From an uncultured Dehalococcoidales bacterium (GTDB lineage Bacteria; Chloroflexota; Dehalococcoidia; GIF9; AB-539-J10), in NCBI GenBank assembly GCA_964557455.1, contig CAZLAL010000090.1, positions 1 to 47,604 of the forward strand: DNA of 47,604 nt, read 5' to 3'. Shown here piece after piece: positions 38,801 through 45,946 of the stretch. Numbering within the stretch: position 1 is the stretch's first letter; each line of letters opens with the position of its first letter. The translations under genes were made by a program, and so were the position numbers. The notes beneath the pieces were generated by a model. The model made no database searches. It saw only the letters and a list, made by a program, of their open reading frames with translations, and was not told the origin of the DNA.

Positions 38801-39129
38801 TGTTTGTGAGCGTGCCATATGAAAACGTATTGGTCGAAGGCTTTATTGACCTCCTCTTTGAAGAAGACGGAGGCCTTGTAGTAGTGGATTACAAGACAGA
38901 CGTACTGGACAATGAAGAAGAGGAGATGAAAAGGCAAGATCGATACCAGCTGCAGGCTGGAACATATGCACTTACTATTGAAAAGGCTACTTCAAAGCCA
39001 GTGAAAGAGGTAGTGCTGCTGTTTCTTCGTTGTGGCAAGGAAATGATTGTTACGAATATTAAGTCTTTAACAGCCCAATCGCATCAACATATAGTGTCGA
39101 TTCTTAATGCTAAGGGAGGTAAATTATGA
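35797..39129 (+). CDS. AddA/RecB-like UvrD-family helicase with a C-terminal RecB nuclease domain
   Basis: 1110 aa from the ATG in an ATGA overlap with the upstream stop. Motifs: EAGAGTGKT, ILIDEFQDTDP, VGDPKQSIYRFRRA, NFRS, TIHAAKGLEFP and YVATTRARD. Nuclease: GFIDLLFEEDGGLVVVDYKTD and RYQLQAGTYAL. Confidence 0.9.
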   Translation: MSQEFVPSDQKHRIRVENELDTTFFVEAGAGTGKTRELVQRITNLIVCGVTQIDHIAAITFTEAAAAELKDRVRTDLERCATDRTLDGEKIARCRAALTRFDDASIQTLHSFAASLLRERPFEAGLPPNFEVVAQMEAGIDFERNWQEWGDGAMERKETASHLLTAMTLGLRMNDLKTAARLLHENYDMMPDRFEPVPPPSPRIAQAVVSEAKHIELLMELANEGFNDTLAAHAQRVVDLARTLSSMNYSGNAALSLLAGFGKLSCKAGRKQDWADVKAGVNGCTVLKQLLEKLEAMKCEELEAVRRAALMPLLEDLRSSLLNWVEQRRSDSKVDFHDLLVRTRDMLRDVPDVREHFQKHFTHILIDEFQDTDPIQAEIAFFLAADQKAMGRSALTEKDWRKLVTTPGKLFMVGDPKQSIYRFRRADIATVQDVGEIPGTDNVPLEQNFRSQEPVIAWVNAVFGRWMGDGKPHVQATYAKLSARWNDKGAVPPMGVHRFGEAVDEAAAQLRKYEASSIANVLYVIKKRQWQVRNAVTNTLHPARYCDICVLMPTRTVLPYIERALDEANIPYRIESESLIFGTQDVRELLSCLRAIDSPADRVALVAALRSTAFGCNDVELVEYLDSGGLLDYTSPGKADGPVSEAMQVLARYNEMRTWVPIDQLIEMFIRERRLAEIAFGRARPRERLRRLKMVAQQARAFSEIGERSLRIFADWMEQQMAEGSRMVEIPVPEADEDAVRIMTIHAAKGLEFPIVILAGIGGTGASRGNPVIFERDGGSVEVSLGIEGRKFVTSGYERAREQEKEMDEAEAVRLMYVATTRARDHLMVSLYRKATKSMSNALAAVIERFAGETGCKWDEIDCSQVDTEEIRERDTDVPNVLGTEADREKWITDRETVLEQASRKPAIAVTALAHLDKEEPERGEIYYRKGRGGTSLGRAVHSVLQSIDLATGKDLEEIARAQAAAEGIHDKWKEVAGLVRRGLNAQAVKRAVVSNKYHREVFVSVPYENVLVEGFIDLLFEEDGGLVVVDYKTDVLDNEEEEMKRQDRYQLQAGTYALTIEKATSKPVKEVVLLFLRCGKEMIVTNIKSLTAQSHQHIVSILNAKGGKL

Positions 39130-40256
39130 CAATCAAGATCCTGCATACAGCAGACTTACATTTGGGCATGAGATTTGCCAGTCGTGGCTATACTCCACAA
39201 CTACAGGAGAGCCTATCAAAGGCGCGTTTCGAAACACTTGATACGTTGATTAAGGTTGCCAACAAAGAGCAAAGCGACCTATTGGTCATTGCTGGTGATC
39301 TGTTTGACTCGCCCAGGGTGTCACGGGGAGATATTCTTAGAGCTGCTACCCTTCTGAAAGACTTTGAGGGTCGACTTATTCTGATCCTTCCAGGCAACCA
39401 CGACTATATTCAAAAAAGTGATGACCCGCTCTGGCCTAATTTCCTCAACAACACTAGCCAAAATACAATACTCCTCGGTGAACCCAAACCTTACGATCTT
39501 GGGCTGCATGGTCTTGACCTAGCCATTTACCCCGCACCATGCACGTCCAAGCACTCGAAGGCCAATGTAATAGGTTGGGTGCCCGAATACACGAAAGACA
39601 AAGAGACGAGCTTGACTGTGGGCATCGCACACGGCAGCCTGGAGGGGCTGTCGCCTGATTTCAAGCAGGATTACTATCCAATGTCGAAAAGGGAATTGCA
39701 GACAGCGGGCGTAGACCTCTGGCTCATGGGGCATACTCATACCCGCTACCCAAATGAAGACAAGGGAACACAAGCACGGATCTTTTTCCCTTCGACTCCT
39801 GAGCCGGACGGATTCGATTGCAGGCATCCCGGCTACGTGTGGTCTATAGAAATTGCTGAGAACAAATCCATACACTATCACTCGATTCAAACCGGGACCT
39901 ACCGGTTTTCTGATTTGGAGAGACAATTAGAGAATGAAGCTGACATAGAGAACATCAGAATCGAATTTCGTGGAATGAATGCTGAGAAAGACCTGGTGAG
40001 ACTAAGACTGAGAGGGAGAATTCAGAATGAGCTTTACGATGAACGAGAATCTTTGCTAGGCGAACTGGAGAAATCAGTTCTATATCTAGAGCCAGATACT
40101 TCCGAGCTATTCCGGCAAATCACATTGAAGGATATCGACCAGGAATTCACTTCCGGGTCGTTTCCACACAGGTTACTCACTACATTGGCCAAGAAGCATC
40201 CAGATCCGCTGCTGCTTCAAACCGCCTATGATCTGATACAGGAGGCTAGAAAATGA
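39126..40256 (+). CDS. SbcD/Mre11/YhaO-like metallophosphoesterase nuclease subunit
   Basis: 376 aa. Calcineurin-like motifs in order: ILHTADLHLG, VIAGDLFD, LPGNHD and LMGHTH. ATGA overlap with the upstream stop. Confidence 0.85.
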   Translation: MTIKILHTADLHLGMRFASRGYTPQLQESLSKARFETLDTLIKVANKEQSDLLVIAGDLFDSPRVSRGDILRAATLLKDFEGRLILILPGNHDYIQKSDDPLWPNFLNNTSQNTILLGEPKPYDLGLHGLDLAIYPAPCTSKHSKANVIGWVPEYTKDKETSLTVGIAHGSLEGLSPDFKQDYYPMSKRELQTAGVDLWLMGHTHTRYPNEDKGTQARIFFPSTPEPDGFDCRHPGYVWSIEIAENKSIHYHSIQTGTYRFSDLERQLENEADIENIRIEFRGMNAEKDLVRLRLRGRIQNELYDERESLLGELEKSVLYLEPDTSELFRQITLKDIDQEFTSGSFPHRLLTTLAKKHPDPLLLQTAYDLIQEARK

Positions 40257-42685
40257 TAATTAACAGCTTGAAACTCGATCCCTTTGCAGGCATTTCAAAG
40301 AAGCAGATAGATCTCGAGAAAGGTCTGAATGTTATTGTGGGTCCCAACGAGGCAGGCAAGAGCACCCTGCTGAATGCACTCAGGTTGGTTCTGTTTGTGC
40401 CGACAGACTGCGGCAAACGCATATTCAAGGAGGAGATTGCCGACTTCATGCCTCTGGCTGGAGGAGACACTATCAGGGTTGGTCTGGATTTCAGGATCGG
40501 AAAACACGACTATTCTGTGACGAAATCTTGGGGATATTCAAAGCAAGATTCTGAACTGAAATTACCGGGAGGAGGTCTGAAAACGAATGCCCAAGACGTT
40601 CAAGAGGAGCTGCAGAATCTACTGGTTCTCAGCAGGGGTACCTCCGATTCAGTGCTATTTGGCGCACAATCTAGACTTGGGCACACCTATGATTCTCTTG
40701 AGGAGGGTTCTTCGGCTATGCAAGACCTAGCCTCGATTATGAGAAAAACAATCTTCGAAACGGAAGGTGTGTCCATCGGGCAACTAGGTGATGCAATTGA
40801 CGATTCATTCTATGACTATTTCAGCCACTGGGATACAGAGCTTAAACGTCCAGAAGGTAATAGGCAAATTGATAATCCCTGGAAGAAAGAGGTGAGGAAA
40901 ATACTAACTGCATACTACAAGCTGGAAAGGCTGAAACAACAAATGCTGGATGTCCAAGAGCATGAAGACAAAATTGGTGAGCTGGTCCAGCTTGTGCAAG
41001 AACGCTCTACAGAGTTGCAGGAATTGCAGGCTTACCTTAAAGAGAACCAGAAAGCAGTTACTGATGCTAAACAGCGACAAATACTTGTCGCACAGCATGA
41101 TGCTCTAAGGATCAAGGAAAAGACACTGCTTGATGCATCTAAGCTTTGGCCAACGATTGTCGGTGAAAGAAACCGTATGCAAAACGATCTTAGAAAATTC
41201 AAGACGAAGCATAGGAACCTGGAGAAAGAAATGGACAAGGCGCAGGCCTACGAGGACAACAAGGCAAGGCTCGAAAAATATAAGCGGGCATCAAGGAAGA
41301 AAAACGAATTGGAGAGAAAGCAAAATGCCTTACTGAAAATGAAGGTAATCGAGGAAAAAGACTATAAAAAACTGGAGAAATTAAATGCTGAGTTGATGAA
41401 GCTAGAAACCAGTTTGCAGGCCGGTCAGCTTGCTCTCACTATGACCGCAAAGAAGGCGCTGAGTTTGAGGGTGTCAAAGGATTTTGAAAAAGAGACACAG
41501 CACAGGCTTGGGGCAAGGAGATCCCTTAAGCTATCTGCAGGAGGGCAAGTACAAATTGATCATGACGACTGGGCATTAAAGGTCAAATCCGGAGATATCG
41601 ATTTTGATGACCTGAAGAAATCCGTCGAGGATGTTTCCAGCAGGTATGAGGCATTACTAAGGCGCTTATGTGTTAGTGATTTTGATAGCGCTGGTAAGGC
41701 CTATGACTCATATCAAATTCAGCGCAATTTGGTTACCGGTTTGCAGGAGCGATTGGAGGAAATCCTCGATGGAGAAACATATGAAGAACTGGATAAATTA
41801 GCCAGAAAGGCTTCTCGCACAAAAGCCCCTTCTCGGACCTCTGGATCCATTGGTAAGGAACTAGGAGCCATAGTGAATGAAATATCTAATACTGAAAATG
41901 AGATAAAATCGCGCACACAAACATTATCTGGATTGGAGAGGAAATATGGTTCTCAGGATGAACTCCTAGAGTTGCTGGTCAACGAGCGAGCTGAACTGAA
42001 GCGGACCGAAATGGAGCTAAAGAAACTCAAACCGTTGCCGAAGTCAGTAGAGGGTCCTGATCAGTTCATTCTAGAATACGAAAAGAAACAGATCGCCGCA
42101 CAGAAAGAAGAGAGAGAAATAAATGGACTGCGAATAGAGAAAGCTCATAAGGAAGCACAGGCACCTACAGAAACTAGGGAGGAACTTCAGTCACAACTAA
42201 TACAAGCTGAGCTTGATTTCGCGAAGAGAGAAAGAGAGGGAGAAGCCATCTCGGAGATACGCGATACCTTTCGGAAGATTGAGGCGGAGATGGATTCACA
42301 AACTCTCGATCCATGGTTAGATGAGCTAGGGACAGTACTGGAGCCATTAACAGCAAATCGCTATAAGCAAATCGATCTGGGTGAAGGCGATTCGGGCAAG
42401 GCATTACGTGCAGATGGATTGGCTATCCCCTTCGTGCTACTTTCTATCGGCACCAAAGTAGGATTGGGATTAGCCCTGCGCCTTTCTATGGCCCGGTACT
42501 TCTTGAAGGACTCGGAAGGATTCTTGGTTCTGGATGATCCGCTTGTTGACATGGACCCAGACCGGCAAGGTGCTGCAGCTAAGATCATACAGAATTTCGC
42601 TGCGGAGAAACAGGTAATTGTTATGACATGTCACCCAAGTCACGCAGATTTGCTGGCAGGAAACACTATCAGGTTATTATTGTGA
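40253..42685 (+). CDS. SbcC/Rad50/YhaN-like ABC-type ATPase with a long coiled coil and no zinc hook
   Basis: 810 aa. Walker A GPNEAGKSTLLNAL, a ~500-aa heptad-rich K/E/L middle, signature-like LSIGTKVGLGLALRLS, Walker B GFLVLDDPLVDMD and H-loop MTCHPSH. The only cysteines are isolated (no CxxC). ATGA overlap with the upstream stop. Confidence 0.85.
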   Translation: MIINSLKLDPFAGISKKQIDLEKGLNVIVGPNEAGKSTLLNALRLVLFVPTDCGKRIFKEEIADFMPLAGGDTIRVGLDFRIGKHDYSVTKSWGYSKQDSELKLPGGGLKTNAQDVQEELQNLLVLSRGTSDSVLFGAQSRLGHTYDSLEEGSSAMQDLASIMRKTIFETEGVSIGQLGDAIDDSFYDYFSHWDTELKRPEGNRQIDNPWKKEVRKILTAYYKLERLKQQMLDVQEHEDKIGELVQLVQERSTELQELQAYLKENQKAVTDAKQRQILVAQHDALRIKEKTLLDASKLWPTIVGERNRMQNDLRKFKTKHRNLEKEMDKAQAYEDNKARLEKYKRASRKKNELERKQNALLKMKVIEEKDYKKLEKLNAELMKLETSLQAGQLALTMTAKKALSLRVSKDFEKETQHRLGARRSLKLSAGGQVQIDHDDWALKVKSGDIDFDDLKKSVEDVSSRYEALLRRLCVSDFDSAGKAYDSYQIQRNLVTGLQERLEEILDGETYEELDKLARKASRTKAPSRTSGSIGKELGAIVNEISNTENEIKSRTQTLSGLERKYGSQDELLELLVNERAELKRTEMELKKLKPLPKSVEGPDQFILEYEKKQIAAQKEEREINGLRIEKAHKEAQAPTETREELQSQLIQAELDFAKREREGEAISEIRDTFRKIEAEMDSQTLDPWLDELGTVLEPLTANRYKQIDLGEGDSGKALRADGLAIPFVLLSIGTKVGLGLALRLSMARYFLKDSEGFLVLDDPLVDMDPDRQGAAAKIIQNFAAEKQVIVMTCHPSHADLLAGNTIRLLL

Positions 42686-43046
42686 TGCTGGCTGAGCCTT
42701 CTCCTGTACCGCCGCTAATAAGGACGGAGTTACGCGTATGCTGTGATTGCAGGGCAACCTTCCCATTCTGATCATCGCGAGCGCTGCAAATGTGCATGGC
42801 GGTGTACATGCCTATCTCGCCAACATTGCCGAATCTGTTCCCAAGCATAGGGAAGCATCTCCTTAACTGCGATGATAGAGGGAAAGGTTTCTATCGGCAG
42901 GAGAATGGCTATGTAGGATAATTAGAGTCGCTTTTAGCGGCAGTGGCTGCCTAGGCAAGAAGGGCAAAGGGATGAAAGTTCGCAGGGCACCTCAAGGCGA
43001 GACCGTACAATAGCCTATGTTGTTGCACAAGAACTTGAAATGTTAC

Positions 43047-43637
43047 CTAAGCACGCGAGCCACCATTCGGTTGAATTCGAATTAGCCGAGCGATATAGAT
43101 TAACTTTCCTTTCGACTGCTGAAGTCTCTGAATGATGTTATCGAGAGTTCCAACTCGTTTTCCCTGTAAAGCTTCCATTTTCAACTCATCGATCGCAGCG
43201 ATTAGGCTCTCCAATGTAACCCATGTTCCTTCCGCCGGAATAGCGTTGTAGGGTGCCATCATTAATCTCTTGTCCAATGACACTGCCCATCTTGTTTCTC
43301 CGAATACTTGCGTCATACCATTGAAACCTGACAGCCCTGCACCCAAAGCAGCATACTTGTCCCTAGTTATCACCCCCGCAAGAATTGAATTCGCCGCAGT
43401 CACTGCCAGGCTGGCTCCTATGTTCTTCTTATCTCTCGTAAGCAGGGTGAATCCTCTTTGACGTGCTAAAGCCTCCCTTCGTTTTTTCAGAGAATGTTTC
43501 AGAAACTCCATCTTCAAGGACTCGGCTTCAAGGCGTAGGATTTCAATGCCTCTGCCGACACTCTGGCACGCGCTTTCAATATAGGCCAACTCATTTCTCA
43601 GGTCTGCAACAGCCTTTGCCCACCTATTATTTGACAT
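43047..43637 (-). CDS. hypothetical protein with a central Gly/Ala-rich hydrophobic segment
   Basis: 196 aa. Its ATG overlaps the upstream stop (TGATG), which suggests translational coupling. N-terminal coiled-coil-like helix, then IGASLAVTAANSILAGVI...AALGAGLSGFNG. No family recognised. Confidence 0.55.
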   Translation of the reverse strand: MSNNRWAKAVADLRNELAYIESACQSVGRGIEILRLEAESLKMEFLKHSLKKRREALARQRGFTLLTRDKKNIGASLAVTAANSILAGVITRDKYAALGAGLSGFNGMTQVFGETRWAVSLDKRLMMAPYNAIPAEGTWVTLESLIAAIDELKMEALQGKRVGTLDNIIQRLQQSKGKLIYIARLIRIQPNGGSRA

Positions 43638-44866
43638 CAATTTCTCCCAAGACTGTGTTGCACTTCCTCGATGAAGTTGCCCAAAGTCTTTCCAGATTCC
43701 TCACCTTTTTTTACTACTTGCCTCATCTCACCTATGGCCTCACCTGCCCTTAGAGCATCGGCCAACAAAGCACTGAGTTGGTCCTTAATATCGGCCACCT
43801 GTTGCTGTATCTGTGAAGCACCATCTTCTCCTGCGGCTCTTACTTTTTCCGATGTGTAGGAAATAATGCCGAGGATTTCACCTTCCAGAAGCCCCTTCTT
43901 CTTATCCAACTCAGCAATTTCGCCTGCCAAGACAGATTCCTTTTTGACCAGCCGGTTTACTTGTTCTACTTCCACCTTTCGCTGATTTTCAAGGCCGCAT
44001 ACCTCTTGAAAGAGGCCCAAGGCAGAAACGAACCTCTTCTTGAGCTCTTTACCGCTAATCCCTTCGTTCTTACTGGTTCTTTCGACGAAGTCTGTGATAC
44101 GGAGAAGGTCTTCATCGGACAAGCCAATGTCGTTGACCCGTTTTAGCGACTCTTCTCGACCACCGATCTCCGACGAGAGTTTGGTCCTTCTGCCCTGGAG
44201 CCCCTTTATTTCCCTGTTCAATCGCGATCCTTCCTCCTCCCTTTCCTTGATCCTTGACTTGAGTTCCGTTAGCTTTGCGGTCTGTATCTCAACAGTGTTC
44301 TCGAGCTTGTCCTTGGCTCTCTCCAGCGATTCAAGTTCTGAACGCAGTGACCCCACCGTTTCAATGAGCTCATTCTTATTATTGATGAGAGAGTCCACAT
44401 CCGCCTTAAGCTCATCCACTCCCTCTTTCAGCCTCACGTACTCCGCGGCCAGCGCGGCAAAAGGTTTCCCCTCACTTTTTTCTAGCTCATCAAATCTTAA
44501 TGCCGCTTCAATGAAATCTTTGGCTGGGAAGTCGACGGGAAGGAGTCTCTTGGTCAGTTCCGCCCACTTGTTCATTAATTCCGGTGTTACTTCCAGGGCC
44601 TGGAGCCTGTCAAATGATAAGATTCCCAGCAGCGCCTGAGATGGTTCCAAGCCTTTCTTTTTGAGCTCAAGGGAGAGGCGACGAAGGTCGTTCACCTGGT
44701 CAAATGAGCTACCGGGGATGGTAAGTTTACCGCATTCCAGTTCCTTCACGATGTTCACGACGCTGCCGTGCGACACCCCCGACCGATTCTCTATATCACT
44801 ATATAGATGACCTAAAATATAGTACTGCGCGACTTCTAGCTTCTTTGCTCTTGTTATTTCCTTCAT
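43637..44866 (-). CDS. hypothetical HTH protein with a long coiled coil
   Basis: 409 aa, with AGAGGT 5 nt upstream of the ATG. N-terminal HTH-like KKLEVAQYYILGHLYSDIENRSGVSHGSVVNIVKEL, then ~250 aa of heptad-rich sequence. Confidence 0.6.
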   Translation of the reverse strand: MKEITRAKKLEVAQYYILGHLYSDIENRSGVSHGSVVNIVKELECGKLTIPGSSFDQVNDLRRLSLELKKKGLEPSQALLGILSFDRLQALEVTPELMNKWAELTKRLLPVDFPAKDFIEAALRFDELEKSEGKPFAALAAEYVRLKEGVDELKADVDSLINNKNELIETVGSLRSELESLERAKDKLENTVEIQTAKLTELKSRIKEREEEGSRLNREIKGLQGRRTKLSSEIGGREESLKRVNDIGLSDEDLLRITDFVERTSKNEGISGKELKKRFVSALGLFQEVCGLENQRKVEVEQVNRLVKKESVLAGEIAELDKKKGLLEGEILGIISYTSEKVRAAGEDGASQIQQQVADIKDQLSALLADALRAGEAIGEMRQVVKKGEESGKTLGNFIEEVQHSLGRN

Positions 44867-44908
44867 TTTTTACCTCTTTTTTGCTGAAAATTTCCATCAT
44901 CTGACTAT

Positions 44909-44978
44909 TTGACGGACTAATTGACCGACCACTTGACCGTGCTTTTGACTTTTTGACCTGAATCGTGATAATTTGACC
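44909..44978 (+). repeat. array of six TTGAC(C) motifs upstream of the HTH-coiled-coil gene
   Basis: TTGAC at 44909, 44921, 44933, 44945, 44953 and 44973. The first four are exactly 12 bp apart, and four of the six read TTGACC. Confidence 0.7.
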
Positions 44979-45056
44979 TCCAAGCGACTATTAGCTGTGA
45001 CTGTTAAATAGTAAGGGGGAAGGTAAAGCTAAAAGTTCTGTCTATTGCTACCCCGG

Positions 45057-45071
45057 CTCCACCATAGGGTC
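45057..45071. other. candidate right-end attachment repeat (copy of the tRNA-Ala 3' end/trailer)
   Basis: CTCCACCATAGGGTC against 4625-4646 CTCCACCAAGGGTGACCATAGG. Two alignments are possible: CTCCACCA[T]AGGGT (13 matches, 1-nt indel), or ACCATAGG 8/8 (45061-45068 = 4639-4646). The match is short, so this is only suggestive. Confidence 0.35.
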
Positions 45072-45209
45072 TCGCAGAGATGGGTGCAAAGCACTTCGAG
45101 GAGTCGAGTCGCCAGGGTCTCTGTGTAAATGTAGTCGACGGTCTAGTTGACATAAAAATCAAGGCGCTTGCGAAAGACATAGCTCGAGTGAAGAATGTGG
45201 TAGCGGCGT

Positions 45210-45283
45210 GCCCCTGTAGCTCAGATGGATAGAGCAGCGGTTTCCTAAACCGCGTGTCGGGCGTTCGAGTCGCCCCAGGGGTA
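45210..45283 (+). tRNA. tRNA-Arg (anticodon CCT), CCA not encoded
   Basis: Acceptor GCCCCTG/CAGGGGT (G1:U72 wobble), D-arm GCTC..GAGC, anticodon arm GCGGT-TTCCTAA-ACCGC, T-arm GGGCG-TTCGAGT-CGCCC, discriminator A. Confidence 0.85.
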
Positions 45284-45307
45284 CTTTTGATATAATTACG
45301 CTGGTTT

Positions 45308-45384
45308 AGGGGTGTAGCTCAGTTGGCTAGAGCAGCGGTCTCCAAAACCGCAGGTCGCGGGTTCGAGTCCTGCCACCCCTGCCA
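45308..45384 (+). tRNA. tRNA-Trp (anticodon CCA), CCA encoded
   Basis: Acceptor AGGGGTG/CACCCCT, anticodon arm GCGGT-CTCCAAA-ACCGC, T-arm GCGGG-TTCGAGT-CCTGC, discriminator G, then CCA. Confidence 0.9.
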
Positions 45385-45434
45385 GAAAAGCAAGTTGATT
45401 TCCCTCAAAGATGAAGCTTTTCTGGAGCAATGAT

Positions 45435-45521
45435 GCCGAGGTGGTGGAATAGGCAGACACGCCATCTTGAGGGGGTGGTGGGCGAAAGCCCGTGGGAGTT
45501 CAAATCTCCCCCTCGGCACCA
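45435..45521 (+). tRNA. tRNA-Leu (anticodon GAG), long variable arm, CCA encoded
   Basis: Acceptor GCCGAGG/CCTCGGC, anticodon arm CCATC-TTGAGGG-GGTGG, a long variable arm, T-loop TTCAAAT, discriminator A, then CCA. Confidence 0.85.
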
Positions 45522-45641
45522 GGATTGCAGCCGGAAGGCGTTTTCAAAATCTGCCTGCGCGTCTTATTGGGATTGGGTGAATGAGTCCTTAACTTCTAAG
45601 ATGGGACCTGTGGAAAAGCCAGACTATTGCCCAACACTAGC

Positions 45642-45670
45642 TTGCGAGAACCAGGCAAAGACGGTAAAAT
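45642..45670 (+). promoter_or_regulatory. internal promoter candidate TTGCGA-17-TAAAAT for the Gly-Cys-Leu tRNAs
   Basis: TTGCGA at 45642-45647, a 17-nt spacer, and TAAAAT at 45665-45670. tRNA-Gly begins 10 nt downstream, inside the 158-bp gap in the array. Confidence 0.4.
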
Positions 45671-45679
45671 CTGTTTAAA

Positions 45680-45754
45680 GCGGAAGTAGTTCAGCGGTAG
45701 AATGCTTCCTTGCCAAGGAAGAGGTCGCGGGTTCGAATCCCGTCTTCCGCTCCA
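45680..45754 (+). tRNA. tRNA-Gly (anticodon GCC), CCA encoded
   Basis: Acceptor GCGGAAG/CTTCCGC, anticodon arm CTTCC-TTGCCAA-GGAAG, T-arm GCGGG-TTCGAAT-CCCGT, discriminator T, then CCA. Confidence 0.9.
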
Positions 45755-45771
45755 TTGAATTTGCGAGTTGT

Positions 45772-45844
45772 GGCGGTGTAGCCAAGAGGTTAAGGCAGGG
45801 GTCTGCAAAACCCCGATGCGGCGGTTCGAATCCGCCCGCCGCCT
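45772..45844 (+). tRNA. tRNA-Cys (anticodon GCA), CCA not encoded
   Basis: Acceptor GGCGGTG/CGCCGCC, anticodon arm GGGGT-CTGCAAA-ACCCC, T-arm GGCGG-TTCGAAT-CCGCC, and discriminator U, as expected for Cys. Confidence 0.9.
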
Positions 45845-45860
45845 TTTTCCCAACCATCAG

Positions 45861-45946
45861 GCCGAGGTGGCGGAATGGTAGACGCGGCGGACTTAAAATC
45901 CGCTTCCCGCAAAGGAGTGTGGGTTCGAGTCCCTCCCTCGGCACCA
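45861..45946 (+). tRNA. tRNA-Leu (anticodon TAA), long variable arm, CCA encoded
   Basis: Acceptor GCCGAGG/CCTCGGC, anticodon arm GCGGA-CTTAAAA-TCCGC, a long variable arm, T-loop TTCGAGT, discriminator A, then CCA. Confidence 0.9.

Noticed and set aside
40253-42685. Possibility that the coiled-coil ATPase is a Lamassu LmuB or Wadjet JetC SMC protein
   Set aside because: Its partner is a calcineurin-type SbcD/Mre11 phosphoesterase, coupled by an ATGA overlap. No kleisin-like, LmuA-like or Toprim (JetD) gene is present. The N-terminus matches the SbcC/YhaN GPNEAGKST type.
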